A stretch of 51,620 nt of DNA from a virus (IMGVR_UViG_2541047950_000002:1-51620), one strand, 5' to 3'. Positions 17,189 through 25,871 are shown, counted from the stretch's first letter. The notes: generated by a model not told the origin, from the letters alone. A program made the numbers and translations.

Positions 17189-17349
17189 CGGTAAAACTGC
17201 GTCTGGCCGCTGTGGCACTCCTGCTGTTTCTGGTGGTGATGGTGGATTTCACCAGCAGGATCATGTCGGTGCTGGCGGATGGAGTGCTGGTGGTCGGTAT
17301 TGTGGTGGTGCTTTTTCCTTTGGTGAAAAAGGACATGCCAGGTAGTTAG
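17185..17349 (+). CDS. small hydrophobic (membrane) protein, 54 aa
   Basis: GTG overlapping the TerB-like stop; predicted product VTVKLRLAAVALLLFLVVMV... is strongly hydrophobic; not in the ORF track. Confidence 0.3.
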   Translation: MTVKLRLAAVALLLFLVVMVDFTSRIMSVLADGVLVVGIVVVLFPLVKKDMPGS

Positions 17350-17596
17350 CCGGGTATCAGTCATGCCCCGAAAATTTTAAATGTCTCACAATTCAGACGG
17401 TTGACAGTTGTCTGTTTTGCGGGGAGTTTGTTAAAAGAAACAGGCATGGTGAATCCCCCTGAGCGGAGGGGCGACTGGTGCATTAGGTGTTATCTTTGAT
17501 ACCCAGGAAAGTAAACGCGCGGGTTTGGTGGCACCGGGCTGAACTCACCGGGAGGCACCCGGCATCATGCGCATGATGATACAGATACGCGGCTTT

Positions 17597-17622
17597 AGCC
17601 CCTCTCCGGAGGGGCTTTTATA
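17597..17622 (+). terminator. rho-independent terminator
   Basis: Perfect hairpin AGCCCCTC-TCCG-GAGGGGCT followed by TTTTATATGAATTTT. Confidence 0.6.
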
Positions 17623-17650
17623 TGAATTTTGTAAGATATGAGTAAACTAA

Positions 17651-17986
17651 TTATGGACACTGTTGTTTTAGTCCGTAAGGGCATATTTGCAGAATGCAAT
17701 GATTATTAAAGCATTCTTTCAATACGTTATCTGAATTTGCAGGACATTCCTGGCTGTTTTTGATTAAATCCCAGAATCTTTTATTGAATGGTACAACGTT
17801 GTAAATGGTTACAGGTAGCACTTTGTTATTAAGTACGATACCTGTGTGAGTCAACGTAAATATACTTTCAGGAGGTAAGAAAACATCCGATTGATACCAG
17901 ATTATTAATTTTATTTTACTCCATATGGCTGAAAAAGATATTCCGCATGATGGCTGGATAACTGTATCAATCACAATCCACTTCAT
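17651..17986 (-). CDS. orphan AT-rich protein, 111 aa, Cys-rich C-terminus; convergent to the late operon
   Basis: ATG at 17984-17986 with consensus AAGGAGG RBS on the - strand; very low GC; very AT-rich upstream region. Confidence 0.55.
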   Translation of the reverse strand: MKWIVIDTVIQPSCGISFSAIWSKIKLIIWYQSDVFLPPESIFTLTHTGIVLNNKVLPVTIYNVVPFNKRFWDLIKNSQECPANSDNVLKECFNNHCILQICPYGLKQQCP

Positions 17987-18247
17987 TTAGCCTCCTTATT
18001 TATGCTGTGCTGGTGATGTTCTGAAAAGTATAAATGATAATTTTGAATGTAAACCATAGAGCAGAATTATTTTTCTGATGTTGTTTATTGTTTATTTAAA
18101 TACAGGTTTTTTATATCCCGTCTTGTAGTTTATCCATGCATACCTGCTTTATGATGAGGTTTTCATTTAAGGTATGGTTTTGTGTTTTTTTTCTGTATTT
18201 CATGTCAGGTATTTTAAAGAATTGTTTTTAATATGGTGGAAAGAACC

Positions 18248-20215
18248 ATGGCATTTAAACACTACGATGTGGTCAGGGCGGCGTCGCCGTCAGACCTTGC
18301 GGAGCGACTGACTCAAAAACTGAAGGAGGGGTGGCAGCCATTTGGCAGCCCTGTCGCCATCACGCCTTATACCCTGATGCAGGCCATTGCGGCGGAAGGT
18401 GATGTCACCACACCTGTGGTGGTGAAGCCGTCGGATGGAGAAGGCACAGTAATCAGCGCCACCAGCGACCCGGAGTATTACTTTGTTGTGGTTCTGGCAG
18501 GGCAGTCAAATGGCATGTCGTATGGTGAAGGTCTTCCGCTGCCGGAGACATATGACCGTCCGGACCCGCGTATTAAGCAGCTGGCGCGCCGCAGTACGGT
18601 GACACCGGGCGGTGCCGCCTGTAAGTATAACGACATTATTCCGGCGGACCATTGTCTGCATGATGTGCAGGACATGAGCCGTCTTAACCATCCGAAAGCG
18701 GACCTGTCAAAGGGGCAGTACGGAACCGTGGGGCAGGGGCTGCATATCGCCAAAAAACTGCTGCCGTTTATACCGGCGAATGCGGGCATTCTGCTGGTTC
18801 CGTGCTGCCGTGGTGCTTCGGCATTCACAACGGGGGCAGACGGCACATACAGCGAATCAGCCGGTGCATCGGAAAATTCACTGCGCTGGGGTGTGGGTAA
18901 GCCGCTGTATCAGGATTTGGTGAGCCGGACTAAAGCCGCACTGGCGAAGAACCCGAAAAACCGTCTGCTTGCGGTGGTGTGGATGCAGGGAGAAGGTGAT
19001 GCGGCAGTGGGGACGCATGCGCAGCATCCGGGGCTGTTTAGTGCGATGGTGAATCAGTTCAGAACGGAGCTTGCCGGTCTGGCATCACAGAGCACAGGAG
19101 GCAGCGCATCAGCGGTACCGTGGATTTGCGGGGACACAACGTATTTCTGGAAGCAGCGTCATGCGGAAGGGTATGCATCAGTATACGGAGGGTATAAGGG
19201 GAAGGAGTCGCAGAACATTTTCTTTGTACCGTTAATGACGGATGAGAATGGTGCGAATGTGCAGACCAATAACCCGGCAGAAGACCCGGACCTGGAAACC
19301 GTCGGTTATTACGGTTCAAAGTGGCGTAATGACCAGAAGACCTGGACATCAGCAGACAGGGCCAGCCATTTCAGTTCATGGGCTCGCCGTGGGATTATTT
19401 CCGACCGTCTGGCAACGGCGATTCTGTTGCACGCCGGGAGAACCGCTGAATTCATTACCGGAAAACAGCCTGATACGGTGAAGCCCACCGGACCTTCCGG
19501 TGAAGGTCCGGAGAGAGAGGCGGAAGCCCCGGCCAGTAAGCGTACCCTGATGAGTCTGCTGGCATCCGGCGAAGACCTGGCATCACAGGGCTGGCGCTAT
19601 TATCACAAACCGGCGAGCGGAGACAGTATTGATAAAAACATCGCTGAGGCTGTGGTCAGTGATGAGGGTGCCACCGGTGGTAAGGCCCTGCAACTGAACA
19701 AACCGGAAAGCCACATCTGGTTTCTGGAGCATGATGCAGCCGGGCAGGGGGCAGAGTTACTGAAGAAAGGCGGACGTGTGAGCGTGCGGTTTAAGGTGCC
19801 GGGCTCACTGGTACAGAACCGGTTTGCCCTGGGTATTTACTGGCAGTTGTCGTCCCTGCCGGAGGGTGTGTCGCTGGCGGAGGAAGGCAACGACATGCTG
19901 ATGTCCTTCTTCCTGCAGACGGATGCGACGAACCTGAACGCGATGTACCACAAGACGCAGAATGCGAAGCTGGATACGTTCGGGGCATTTGATAACGAAT
20001 GGCACACACTGTCTTTTGAGTTTGCCGGAAACAACAGTATTCAGGTGACGCCGGTACTTGATGAGAAGCGGGGCACGCCATTCACGCTGGTGAAATCTCA
20101 GGCAACAGGGGTGGCGGATAAACTTCTGCTGACTGATATCACGAAGGTAGCAACGTATACGCTGCTGATTGACAGCGTGAAGGTGGAAGTGAACAACGCG
20201 GACGCCGCGGCATGA
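18248..20215 (+). CDS. NanS-p-like sialate O-acetylesterase (N-terminal DUF1737-like, C-terminal carbohydrate esterase)
   Basis: About 655 aa; N-terminus MAFKHYDVVRAASPSDLAERL recalls the Stx-phage NanS-p/YjhS family; same position relative to Q and S as in Stx phages. Confidence 0.65.
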   Translation: MAFKHYDVVRAASPSDLAERLTQKLKEGWQPFGSPVAITPYTLMQAIAAEGDVTTPVVVKPSDGEGTVISATSDPEYYFVVVLAGQSNGMSYGEGLPLPETYDRPDPRIKQLARRSTVTPGGAACKYNDIIPADHCLHDVQDMSRLNHPKADLSKGQYGTVGQGLHIAKKLLPFIPANAGILLVPCCRGASAFTTGADGTYSESAGASENSLRWGVGKPLYQDLVSRTKAALAKNPKNRLLAVVWMQGEGDAAVGTHAQHPGLFSAMVNQFRTELAGLASQSTGGSASAVPWICGDTTYFWKQRHAEGYASVYGGYKGKESQNIFFVPLMTDENGANVQTNNPAEDPDLETVGYYGSKWRNDQKTWTSADRASHFSSWARRGIISDRLATAILLHAGRTAEFITGKQPDTVKPTGPSGEGPEREAEAPASKRTLMSLLASGEDLASQGWRYYHKPASGDSIDKNIAEAVVSDEGATGGKALQLNKPESHIWFLEHDAAGQGAELLKKGGRVSVRFKVPGSLVQNRFALGIYWQLSSLPEGVSLAEEGNDMLMSFFLQTDATNLNAMYHKTQNAKLDTFGAFDNEWHTLSFEFAGNNSIQVTPVLDEKRGTPFTLVKSQATGVADKLLLTDITKVATYTLLIDSVKVEVNNADAAA

Positions 20216-20365
20216 TGAAAAAGGCCGCCAGCAATGAAGGAAAGGGATGAACTTTTGTCCACTACATGAATGCTGGCGGCTGGTAAAACGATCATGATGA
20301 CAGCGAAGTCTGGGTGTTTTTCTACAAAAATAAGTAAATTATGTCAACTATAACGGTGAGAAAAC

Positions 20366-20545
20366 ATGACATTTCTGAACCAGTTAATGCTGTACTTCTG
20401 TACGGCGGTCTGTGTGCTGTATCTTCTTTCGGGTGGGTACAGGGCTGTGCGCGATTTCTGGCGCAGACAGATTGATAAAAGGGCCGCTGAGAAAATCAGC
20501 GCCAGTCAGTCAGCCGGAACCAGACCCGAAGAGCCGCTCATTTAG
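20366..20545 (+). CDS. small membrane protein, 59 aa
   Basis: ATG with upstream GGTGAG; hydrophobic N-terminus; not in the ORF track. Confidence 0.3.
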   Translation: MTFLNQLMLYFCTAVCVLYLLSGGYRAVRDFWRRQIDKRAAEKISASQSAGTRPEEPLI

Positions 20546-20585
20546 TTGCAATCTTCTTTACAACACCTTTCAACGAGAAAATCCC

Positions 20586-20870
20586 ATGTCAGAAATAAAA
20601 CCCCTGGTCACTGCTGAGGCAGTGAAAGACGCGCTGCGCTCAGAAGATGTGCGTGGAGCACTGAAACAGAAAGTCCGCCAGACATTTGAAGCGCAGATAG
20701 AAGCGGAGGTGGATGCGATTCTGGATACGCTACTGGGCGAGCAGCCAGGCGAACAGCCAGAGCCGGAACCGCAACCGGAAGATATCACCTCAGAAAACGG
20801 CGATATTCAGCCCGAATCACCGGTGGTTGATGCGACTGAAGCACAACCCGAACCGGGCACAATGCTGTAA
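20586..20870 (+). CDS. hypothetical acidic protein, 94 aa
   Basis: ATG at 20586 within the longer track ORF 20412-20870; acidic Pro/Glu-rich C-terminus. Confidence 0.4.
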   Translation: MSEIKPLVTAEAVKDALRSEDVRGALKQKVRQTFEAQIEAEVDAILDTLLGEQPGEQPEPEPQPEDITSENGDIQPESPVVDATEAQPEPGTML

Positions 20871-20946
20871 AGGTGAGTCAGGGCCATCAGTAAAGTACTG
20901 CTGGCCTTTTTCATGTTGTGAGCTTCCGGATTGCGGGAGACGGGGT

Positions 20947-21162
20947 ATGTACCAGATGGAAAAAATAACAACAGGTGTGTCATACACCACGTCAGCGGTG
21001 GGAACGGGCTACTGGTTCCTGCAGCTGCTGGACAGGGTTTCCCCGTCTCAGTGGGCGGCAATAGGCGTGCTGGGGAGTCTGCTGTTTGGTCTGCTGACGT
21101 ACCTGACGAACCTGTATTTCAAAATCAGAGAGGACCGTCGTAAGGCGGCACGGGGAGAGTAG
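20947..21162 (+). CDS. S: pinholin (S21-type class II holin) with dual-start motif
   Basis: [71 protein letters not shown] closely matches phage 21 S as recalled; Met1/Met4 dual start; GGAG RBS. Confidence 0.75.
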   Translation: MYQMEKITTGVSYTTSAVGTGYWFLQLLDRVSPSQWAAIGVLGSLLFGLLTYLTNLYFKIREDRRKAARGE

Positions 21163-21165
21163 GTG

Positions 21166-21723
21166 ATGAACCATGAAGAAATGAATCAGCGCTTCAGTCG
21201 TCTGGAAAATGAAATTGCTGAACTGAATAAAAAACTGTCGGCGCTGATGCCTTCTGAAGATGAAAAAAAACGCCGCGATGAGCAGTTTGCTGCGTTTGAC
21301 GATTATTGTCGGAAAGTGATGAGCAGAAATCTCGCAGAGTGTTTCAGTATTCATAATGATAATTTCAGTGAGCTGGAATGGGAGTGTAACCGGCCATCCT
21401 TTGTTGTATCCGGTGATGCTGGGAAAATAACCATCTCAGAAAATGGGAAAGTAACACCTCCATCGCACCAGCACAGTGAGGAGCTCATTGAATTTGCCAT
21501 TGATTACCTGAAGAACAATAAAAAACAGGGGCTGATGCAGCGCATTGGTCGTTGCATGGGGTATCTGCAGGTAGCCGCTGAGATTGAAGCGCTGGCCAGT
21601 GGTGCTGATAAGGATGCAGTTGTGCGGGAGACCGTTCTTCGTGATTTCAATACTCCACCCTTTAAGACTGAGCCTGATAACTGGATCCAGCCGGGGCTGA
21701 CTTATCTTAAAGTGCGTATTTAG
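21166..21723 (+). CDS. hypothetical protein, about 185 aa, inserted between holin and endolysin
   Basis: Starts immediately after the holin stop (GTG 21163 or ATG 21166); no recognisable lysis-protein features. Confidence 0.45.
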   Translation: MNHEEMNQRFSRLENEIAELNKKLSALMPSEDEKKRRDEQFAAFDDYCRKVMSRNLAECFSIHNDNFSELEWECNRPSFVVSGDAGKITISENGKVTPPSHQHSEELIEFAIDYLKNNKKQGLMQRIGRCMGYLQVAAEIEALASGADKDAVVRETVLRDFNTPPFKTEPDNWIQPGLTYLKVRI

Positions 21724-21759
21724 TGGGCCAGGGACAGCGGCTGAATATTTAATATATCC

Positions 21760-22293
21760 ATGAACGCAAAAATCAAATACGGCCTGTCAGCTGCTGTTCT
21801 GGCGCTGATTGCCGCAGGGGCTTCTGCGCCTGAAATCCTCGACCAGTTTCTGGATGAAAAAGAAGGTAACCACACCACGGCATACCGTGATGGTGTGGGT
21901 ATCTGGACCATCTGCCGTGGAGCCACCCGGGTGGATGGTAATCCTGTGATTCCTGGCATGAAGCTGTCGAAGGGGAAATGCGACCGGGTTAACGCCATTG
22001 AGCGTGATAAGGCGCTGGCATGGGTGGAGAAAAACATCAAAGTGCCACTGACTGAACCCCAGAAAGCGGGAATTGCGTCATTCTGTCCTTACAACATTGG
22101 CCCCGGTAAGTGTTTCCCGTCGACGTTTTATAAACGAATTAATGCAGGCGATCGAAAAGGTGCCTGCGAAGCGATTCGCTGGTGGATTAAGGACGGTGGC
22201 AGAGACTGCCGTATTCGCTCAAATAATTGCTACGGTCAGGTATCCCGTCGCGACCAGGAGAGTGCGCTGGCATGCTGGGGTATCGACAGGTAG
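21760..22293 (+). CDS. R: SAR endolysin (R21-type lysozyme)
   Basis: N-terminal signal-anchor-release segment (GLSAAVLALIAAGASAPE); lysozyme-like core; paired with the pinholin as in phage 21. Confidence 0.75.
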   Translation: MNAKIKYGLSAAVLALIAAGASAPEILDQFLDEKEGNHTTAYRDGVGIWTICRGATRVDGNPVIPGMKLSKGKCDRVNAIERDKALAWVEKNIKVPLTEPQKAGIASFCPYNIGPGKCFPSTFYKRINAGDRKGACEAIRWWIKDGGRDCRIRSNNCYGQVSRRDQESALACWGIDR

Positions 22294-22566
22294 CAGAATA
22301 TTTTGCTGAAAAATGACGTTGACCAACGCGGACGGATAACACGAAATCCTGCGAACTGGCAAAACCTAAGTGAATAAAGTCAGGAACATTGTTTCACGCA
22401 GAGGCACCGTAATGGTGCCTTTGGCATTTCTGCGCTTCGCACAAGCGTAAATAAACCAAAGAACCTTTCAGGATGAGCCCTGGTGGATAACCGGCAGTGG
22501 TCTGGTTAACCCTCTTTGGGCTGGTTATTCCTGTGCGCAGGGTTCATCACTAAAAGGAAATAACCG

Positions 22567-23136
22567 ATGAATATGATAACCGTGCCGTTTCACGGCGATT
22601 CTCTTTATGTGGTTAACCATAACGGCGAACCATACGTTCCCATGAAACCTGTCGTTGCGGGGATGGGGCTGGCCTGGCAATCACAGTTGGCTAAGTTAAG
22701 ACAGCGTTTTGCGTCAACTATAACGGAAATCGTTATGGTTGCTGAGGACGGGAAACGACGCAATATGGTGTCCCTGCCACTTCGAAAACTTGCAGGCTGG
22801 TTACAAACCATCAATCCCAACAAAGTAAAACCCGGAATCCGCGACAAGGTTATCCAGTATCAGGAAGAGTGCGACGATGTTCTCTATGAATACTGGACGA
22901 AGGGTTTTGTCGTTAATCCTCGTCAAATGAGCGTGATGGAAGAACTCAACCAGGCATGCGCTGACATGAAACGGGATAAAAACATTGCCAGTCTGTTTGG
23001 TACAGGGTTAAACGAATGGAAACTGGTTAAAGCCGCGCATGTATCAAAAATTCGCACGTTGATAAACGAAGCGAATCTGCTGATTGGTTTTGTCCTGGCT
23101 GATACAGGCAAAGGAAAAATCACAAAGACGGATTGA
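22567..23136 (+). CDS. AntA/AntB-type antirepressor-like protein
   Basis: 189 aa; N-terminal FHGDSLYVVNHNGEPYVPMKPVVAGMGL resembles the AntA domain as recalled; has its own upstream intergenic region. Confidence 0.5.
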   Translation: MNMITVPFHGDSLYVVNHNGEPYVPMKPVVAGMGLAWQSQLAKLRQRFASTITEIVMVAEDGKRRNMVSLPLRKLAGWLQTINPNKVKPGIRDKVIQYQEECDDVLYEYWTKGFVVNPRQMSVMEELNQACADMKRDKNIASLFGTGLNEWKLVKAAHVSKIRTLINEANLLIGFVLADTGKGKITKTD

Positions 23137-23150
23137 TGGAGTGGCGTCTA

Positions 23151-23285
23151 ATGATATCAGGCAAACTCATAACGCTGGCGAAGACCATCTGTGTGATTGT
23201 CGGCGTTTCATTTTCGCTAATGATGGTTGCTCTTTTTCTTTCCATAGCCTGGATGGCGTTGACTTCGGCAGGGCTGGTGGGGTGA
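23151..23285 (+). CDS. small hydrophobic protein, 44 aa
   Basis: ATG with GGAG 9 nt upstream; predicted single membrane helix; under 60 aa. Confidence 0.25.
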   Translation: MISGKLITLAKTICVIVGVSFSLMMVALFLSIAWMALTSAGLVG

Positions 23286-23405
23286 CAGTGACTGATGACG
23301 ACAATTTATTTAAACAGATGAGTACTGAATTTATTCGGGCAACGGCATTTGCCATTCGCATTGTGGCAATTGCGGTTCTAATCCGGGAAATCCGCTGGTG
23401 GTGAA

Positions 23406-24173
23406 ATGAATAATAACTCTGCAAAACCGTTTCTCCCGTGGTTAGGAGGGAAGCGTCGTCTGGCAAAACATATTCTGCCGTTATTTCCTGAGCACACTCT
23501 GTATGTGGAACCGTTCTGTGGCGGTGCGGCACTGTTCTTTATGAAAAAACCGAGCTGCGCTGAAATCATCAACGATATAAACAGTGATATCGTTAATCTC
23601 TACCGTGTGGTGAAGTACCACCAGGAGGAATTTTCCCGCCAGTTTCAGTGGATGCTCGCCAGTCGTGAGATGTGGAATGAGGTGATAAATCAGCACACGG
23701 AGTACATGACGGATATCCAGCGGGCTGTCCGTTTCTTTTTTATCCAGAAGTGCGCGTATGGCGGAAGAGCATACAGTCGGGCATTTGGAGTTAAAACTCA
23801 CAGACCGCAGATAATCCCCGGGAATACAGAGCAGTTATTGCAGGAAGCCCGTGATCGGCTGGCGCGGGCAACTATTGAACACCTTGACTGGGAGGTCTGT
23901 ATCGCACGGTATGACCGCCCGACAACGCTGTTTTACTGCGATCCTCCGTATTGGTTGGATGGTGGTTACGGCATTGATTTTTCATTCTGCAATTATGAGC
24001 GCATGGCAGAACTTGCCCGCACAATAAAAGGCAAAATGATTATATCCCTGAACGATACGCAGGAAATGAGACGATTGTTTGAGGGGATGAATATTCATCA
24101 TGTTGCTCATCGTTATACTGTACCACGTGGTAAGACAAGCAGTGTCAGCGAGCTGATAATCTGCAATTTCTGA
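23406..24173 (+). CDS. Dam-family N6-adenine DNA methyltransferase
   Basis: 255 aa; N-terminal PWLGGKRRL AdoMet motif and DPPY catalytic motif. Confidence 0.75.
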   Translation: MNNNSAKPFLPWLGGKRRLAKHILPLFPEHTLYVEPFCGGAALFFMKKPSCAEIINDINSDIVNLYRVVKYHQEEFSRQFQWMLASREMWNEVINQHTEYMTDIQRAVRFFFIQKCAYGGRAYSRAFGVKTHRPQIIPGNTEQLLQEARDRLARATIEHLDWEVCIARYDRPTTLFYCDPPYWLDGGYGIDFSFCNYERMAELARTIKGKMIISLNDTQEMRRLFEGMNIHHVAHRYTVPRGKTSSVSELIICNF

Positions 24174-24181
24174 CAGGGGGC

Positions 24182-24685
24182 ATGGTGAGCATAAACCGAA
24201 TTCTTTCCGCGTTTACTGTTATTCTGCTGGTGGTCTGTGGTGCGCTTAGTCTGGGGCTGAATCATTACCGCGATAACGCCATCACCTACAAAGCGCAGCG
24301 CGATAAAAAAGCCAGAGAGCTGGAACAGGCGAATGCCACCATTACTGACATGCAGGTGCGCCAGCGTGATGTTGCTGCGCTCGATGCAAAATACTCGAGG
24401 GAATTAGCCGATGCGAGAGCTGAAAATGAAACTCTGCGTGCTGATATTGCCGCTGGTCGTAAGCGCCTGCGGCTCAACGCCACCTGCCCCGGTACCGTGC
24501 GTGAAGCCACCGGCACCTCCGGCGTGGATAATGCAACCGGCCCCCGACTGGCAGACACCGCTGAACGGGATTATTTCAACCTCAGAGAACGGTTGATGAC
24601 AATGCAGAAGCAGCTGGAAGGGGCGCAGGAATATATACGCACTCAGTGCACTAAGCTGGCTTTTTATTATCCGGAGGATACATGA
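24182..24685 (+). CDS. Rz: i-spanin Rz
   Basis: 167 aa; strong similarity to lambda Rz as recalled (NHYRDNAITYKAQRDK..., VDNA..PRLADTAERDYF). Confidence 0.8.
   Translation: MVSINRILSAFTVILLVVCGALSLGLNHYRDNAITYKAQRDKKARELEQANATITDMQVRQRDVAALDAKYSRELADARAENETLRADIAAGRKRLRLNATCPGTVREATGTSGVDNATGPRLADTAERDYFNLRERLMTMQKQLEGAQEYIRTQCTKLAFYYPEDT
24411..24596 (+). CDS. Rz1: o-spanin Rz1 (lipoprotein) embedded in Rz in the +1 frame
   Basis: 61 aa; lipobox LVVSAC and proline-rich CVKPPAPPAWIMQPAPDWQTPLNGII match lambda Rz1. Confidence 0.7.
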   Translation: MRELKMKLCVLILPLVVSACGSTPPAPVPCVKPPAPPAWIMQPAPDWQTPLNGIISTSENG

Positions 24686-24906
24686 AGAAATTACGGGTAA
24701 CCGTAGAACCTTTTCAGGGAACAATTCCGTTCCGTATTTTGCAGCGTGGTCGTGTTCTTGTTGAAGGTTCGTTCAGTGGTAAATGTACGCAATTACACAC
24801 CCGGACCTTTCAGGTGAATGCCACGAATGAAGAGCTAACCGTTGAGTGTACGATGAATGCCGCTAAATGCCGCATGGTATCCGCTGCATTACAGCCAGTG
24901 TGTTGA
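24682..24906 (+). CDS. hypothetical protein, 74 aa
   Basis: ATGA overlap with the Rz stop. Confidence 0.35.
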   Translation: MKKLRVTVEPFQGTIPFRILQRGRVLVEGSFSGKCTQLHTRTFQVNATNEELTVECTMNAAKCRMVSAALQPVC

Positions 24907-25166
24907 GCGACCTTATTATCCATGGCGCGGTATTGTCGCCGTATTCCCGTATTAACAGAGACCGCAGCCCGACAGGGAGACTCCTCTGCGCGAGTGTGCG
25001 GGGATAATCAAAAACGATACACACCGGGGTTTACCGCGTTAACGGAGCGCGGCGTTGTCCCCTCATGGTCGCCTGTCCGGTGCGATGGTGGAAGAAACTG
25101 GATTTTGTTGCAACTGATAACCATTATCATTTTCGCGGGTCCTTTCCGGCGATCCGGGCCGTTACG

Positions 25167-25178
25167 GGGCGGCGACCT
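25167..25178. other. cosN cohesive-end site, identical to the lambda 12-nt overhang
   Basis: GGGCGGCGACCT present and followed by CGCGGGTTTTC.CTATTTATGAAAATTTTCCGG, which matches the lambda left end as recalled. Confidence 0.7.
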
Positions 25179-25215
25179 CGCGGGTTTTCACTATTTATGA
25201 AAATTTTCCGGGATC

Positions 25216-25314
25216 CATGTCCGGTTTCTCTGCAAGTTAACTATATGAAAAATATAAAAACAGGTCTTCTGTGAACCGGACATGCGCAAAAAATGGGCAT
25301 GTGAACCGGACATG
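25216..25314. promoter_or_regulatory. cosB-like terminase small-subunit binding repeats
   Basis: Three copies of AACCGGACATG (one inverted at 25216-25226, direct at 25271-25284 and 25301-25314) around an AT-rich IHF-like segment, between cosN and nu1. Confidence 0.45.
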
Positions 25315-25361
25315 ACCTGTTTTGTTGTGATTGTGAGGTGAGAGTTTTTGCGAGGTGAGGA

Positions 25362-25871
25362 GTGGCTACGCAGACTGAAGTTGCCAGGCATTTAAGTCTG
25401 ACCGATCGCCAGCTTCGCAGATTGCAGAAATTGCCGGGTGCTCCGATATCGAATAAGCGAGGGCAACTGGATCTGGATGCCTGGCGCGATTTTTACATAT
25501 CGTATCTGAGGAGAAGTAAAAACGATGTGCCTGATGGCGATAGCGAAGACGACTATGAGGAGAAATTGCTTATTGCCAGATGGGAACTGACAGCGGAACA
25601 GGCTGTTACACAGCAGTTAAAAAATGAGGTGTCAAAAGGAAAACTTATTGACACCGGGTTCTGTATTTTTGCCCTCAGTAAGCTGGCAATGGCGTTATCC
25701 AGTACGCTTGATTCCATCCCTTTATCCATGCAGCGACAGTTTCCTGATTTAACACCGCGCCATCTTGACCATCTGAAAACCCTTATTGCGAAGGGGGCAA
25801 ATCAGTGTGCGCGGGCGGGGGATAAATTACCGGATTTACTCGATGAATATATCAGAGCAACAACTGAATAA
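25362..25871 (+). CDS. nu1: terminase small subunit (Nu1-like)
   Basis: 169 aa, GTG start; C-terminal half aligns with lambda Nu1 as recalled (ALSKLA..S.LD.IPLS.QR.FP.L..RH.D.LK). Confidence 0.8.
   Translation: MATQTEVARHLSLTDRQLRRLQKLPGAPISNKRGQLDLDAWRDFYISYLRRSKNDVPDGDSEDDYEEKLLIARWELTAEQAVTQQLKNEVSKGKLIDTGFCIFALSKLAMALSSTLDSIPLSMQRQFPDLTPRHLDHLKTLIAKGANQCARAGDKLPDLLDEYIRATTE

Noticed and set aside
16757-18232. Shiga toxin genes stxA/stxB at the Q-tRNA-NanS-p locus
   Set aside because: No ORFs with the A-subunit RNA N-glycosidase or small B-subunit character are present; the slot holds the TerB-like cassette and the orphan gene instead
23084-23404. 106-aa track ORF spanning the antirepressor end to the Dam gene
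   Set aside because: Starts inside the antirepressor coding region with no RBS; the 44-aa ORF at 23151-23285 with a GGAG RBS is the more plausible call, and even that is weak
24922-25274. Track ORFs 24922-25200 and 25065-25274 across the cos region
   Set aside because: They span cosN and the cosB repeats, which are cleaved and protein-bound during packaging; no RBS; treated as non-coding
25786-25842. Upstream extension of the terminase large subunit ORF
   Set aside because: The conserved start MNISEQQ at 25843 overlaps the nu1 end as in lambda; the extension is just the nu1 3' end in another frame
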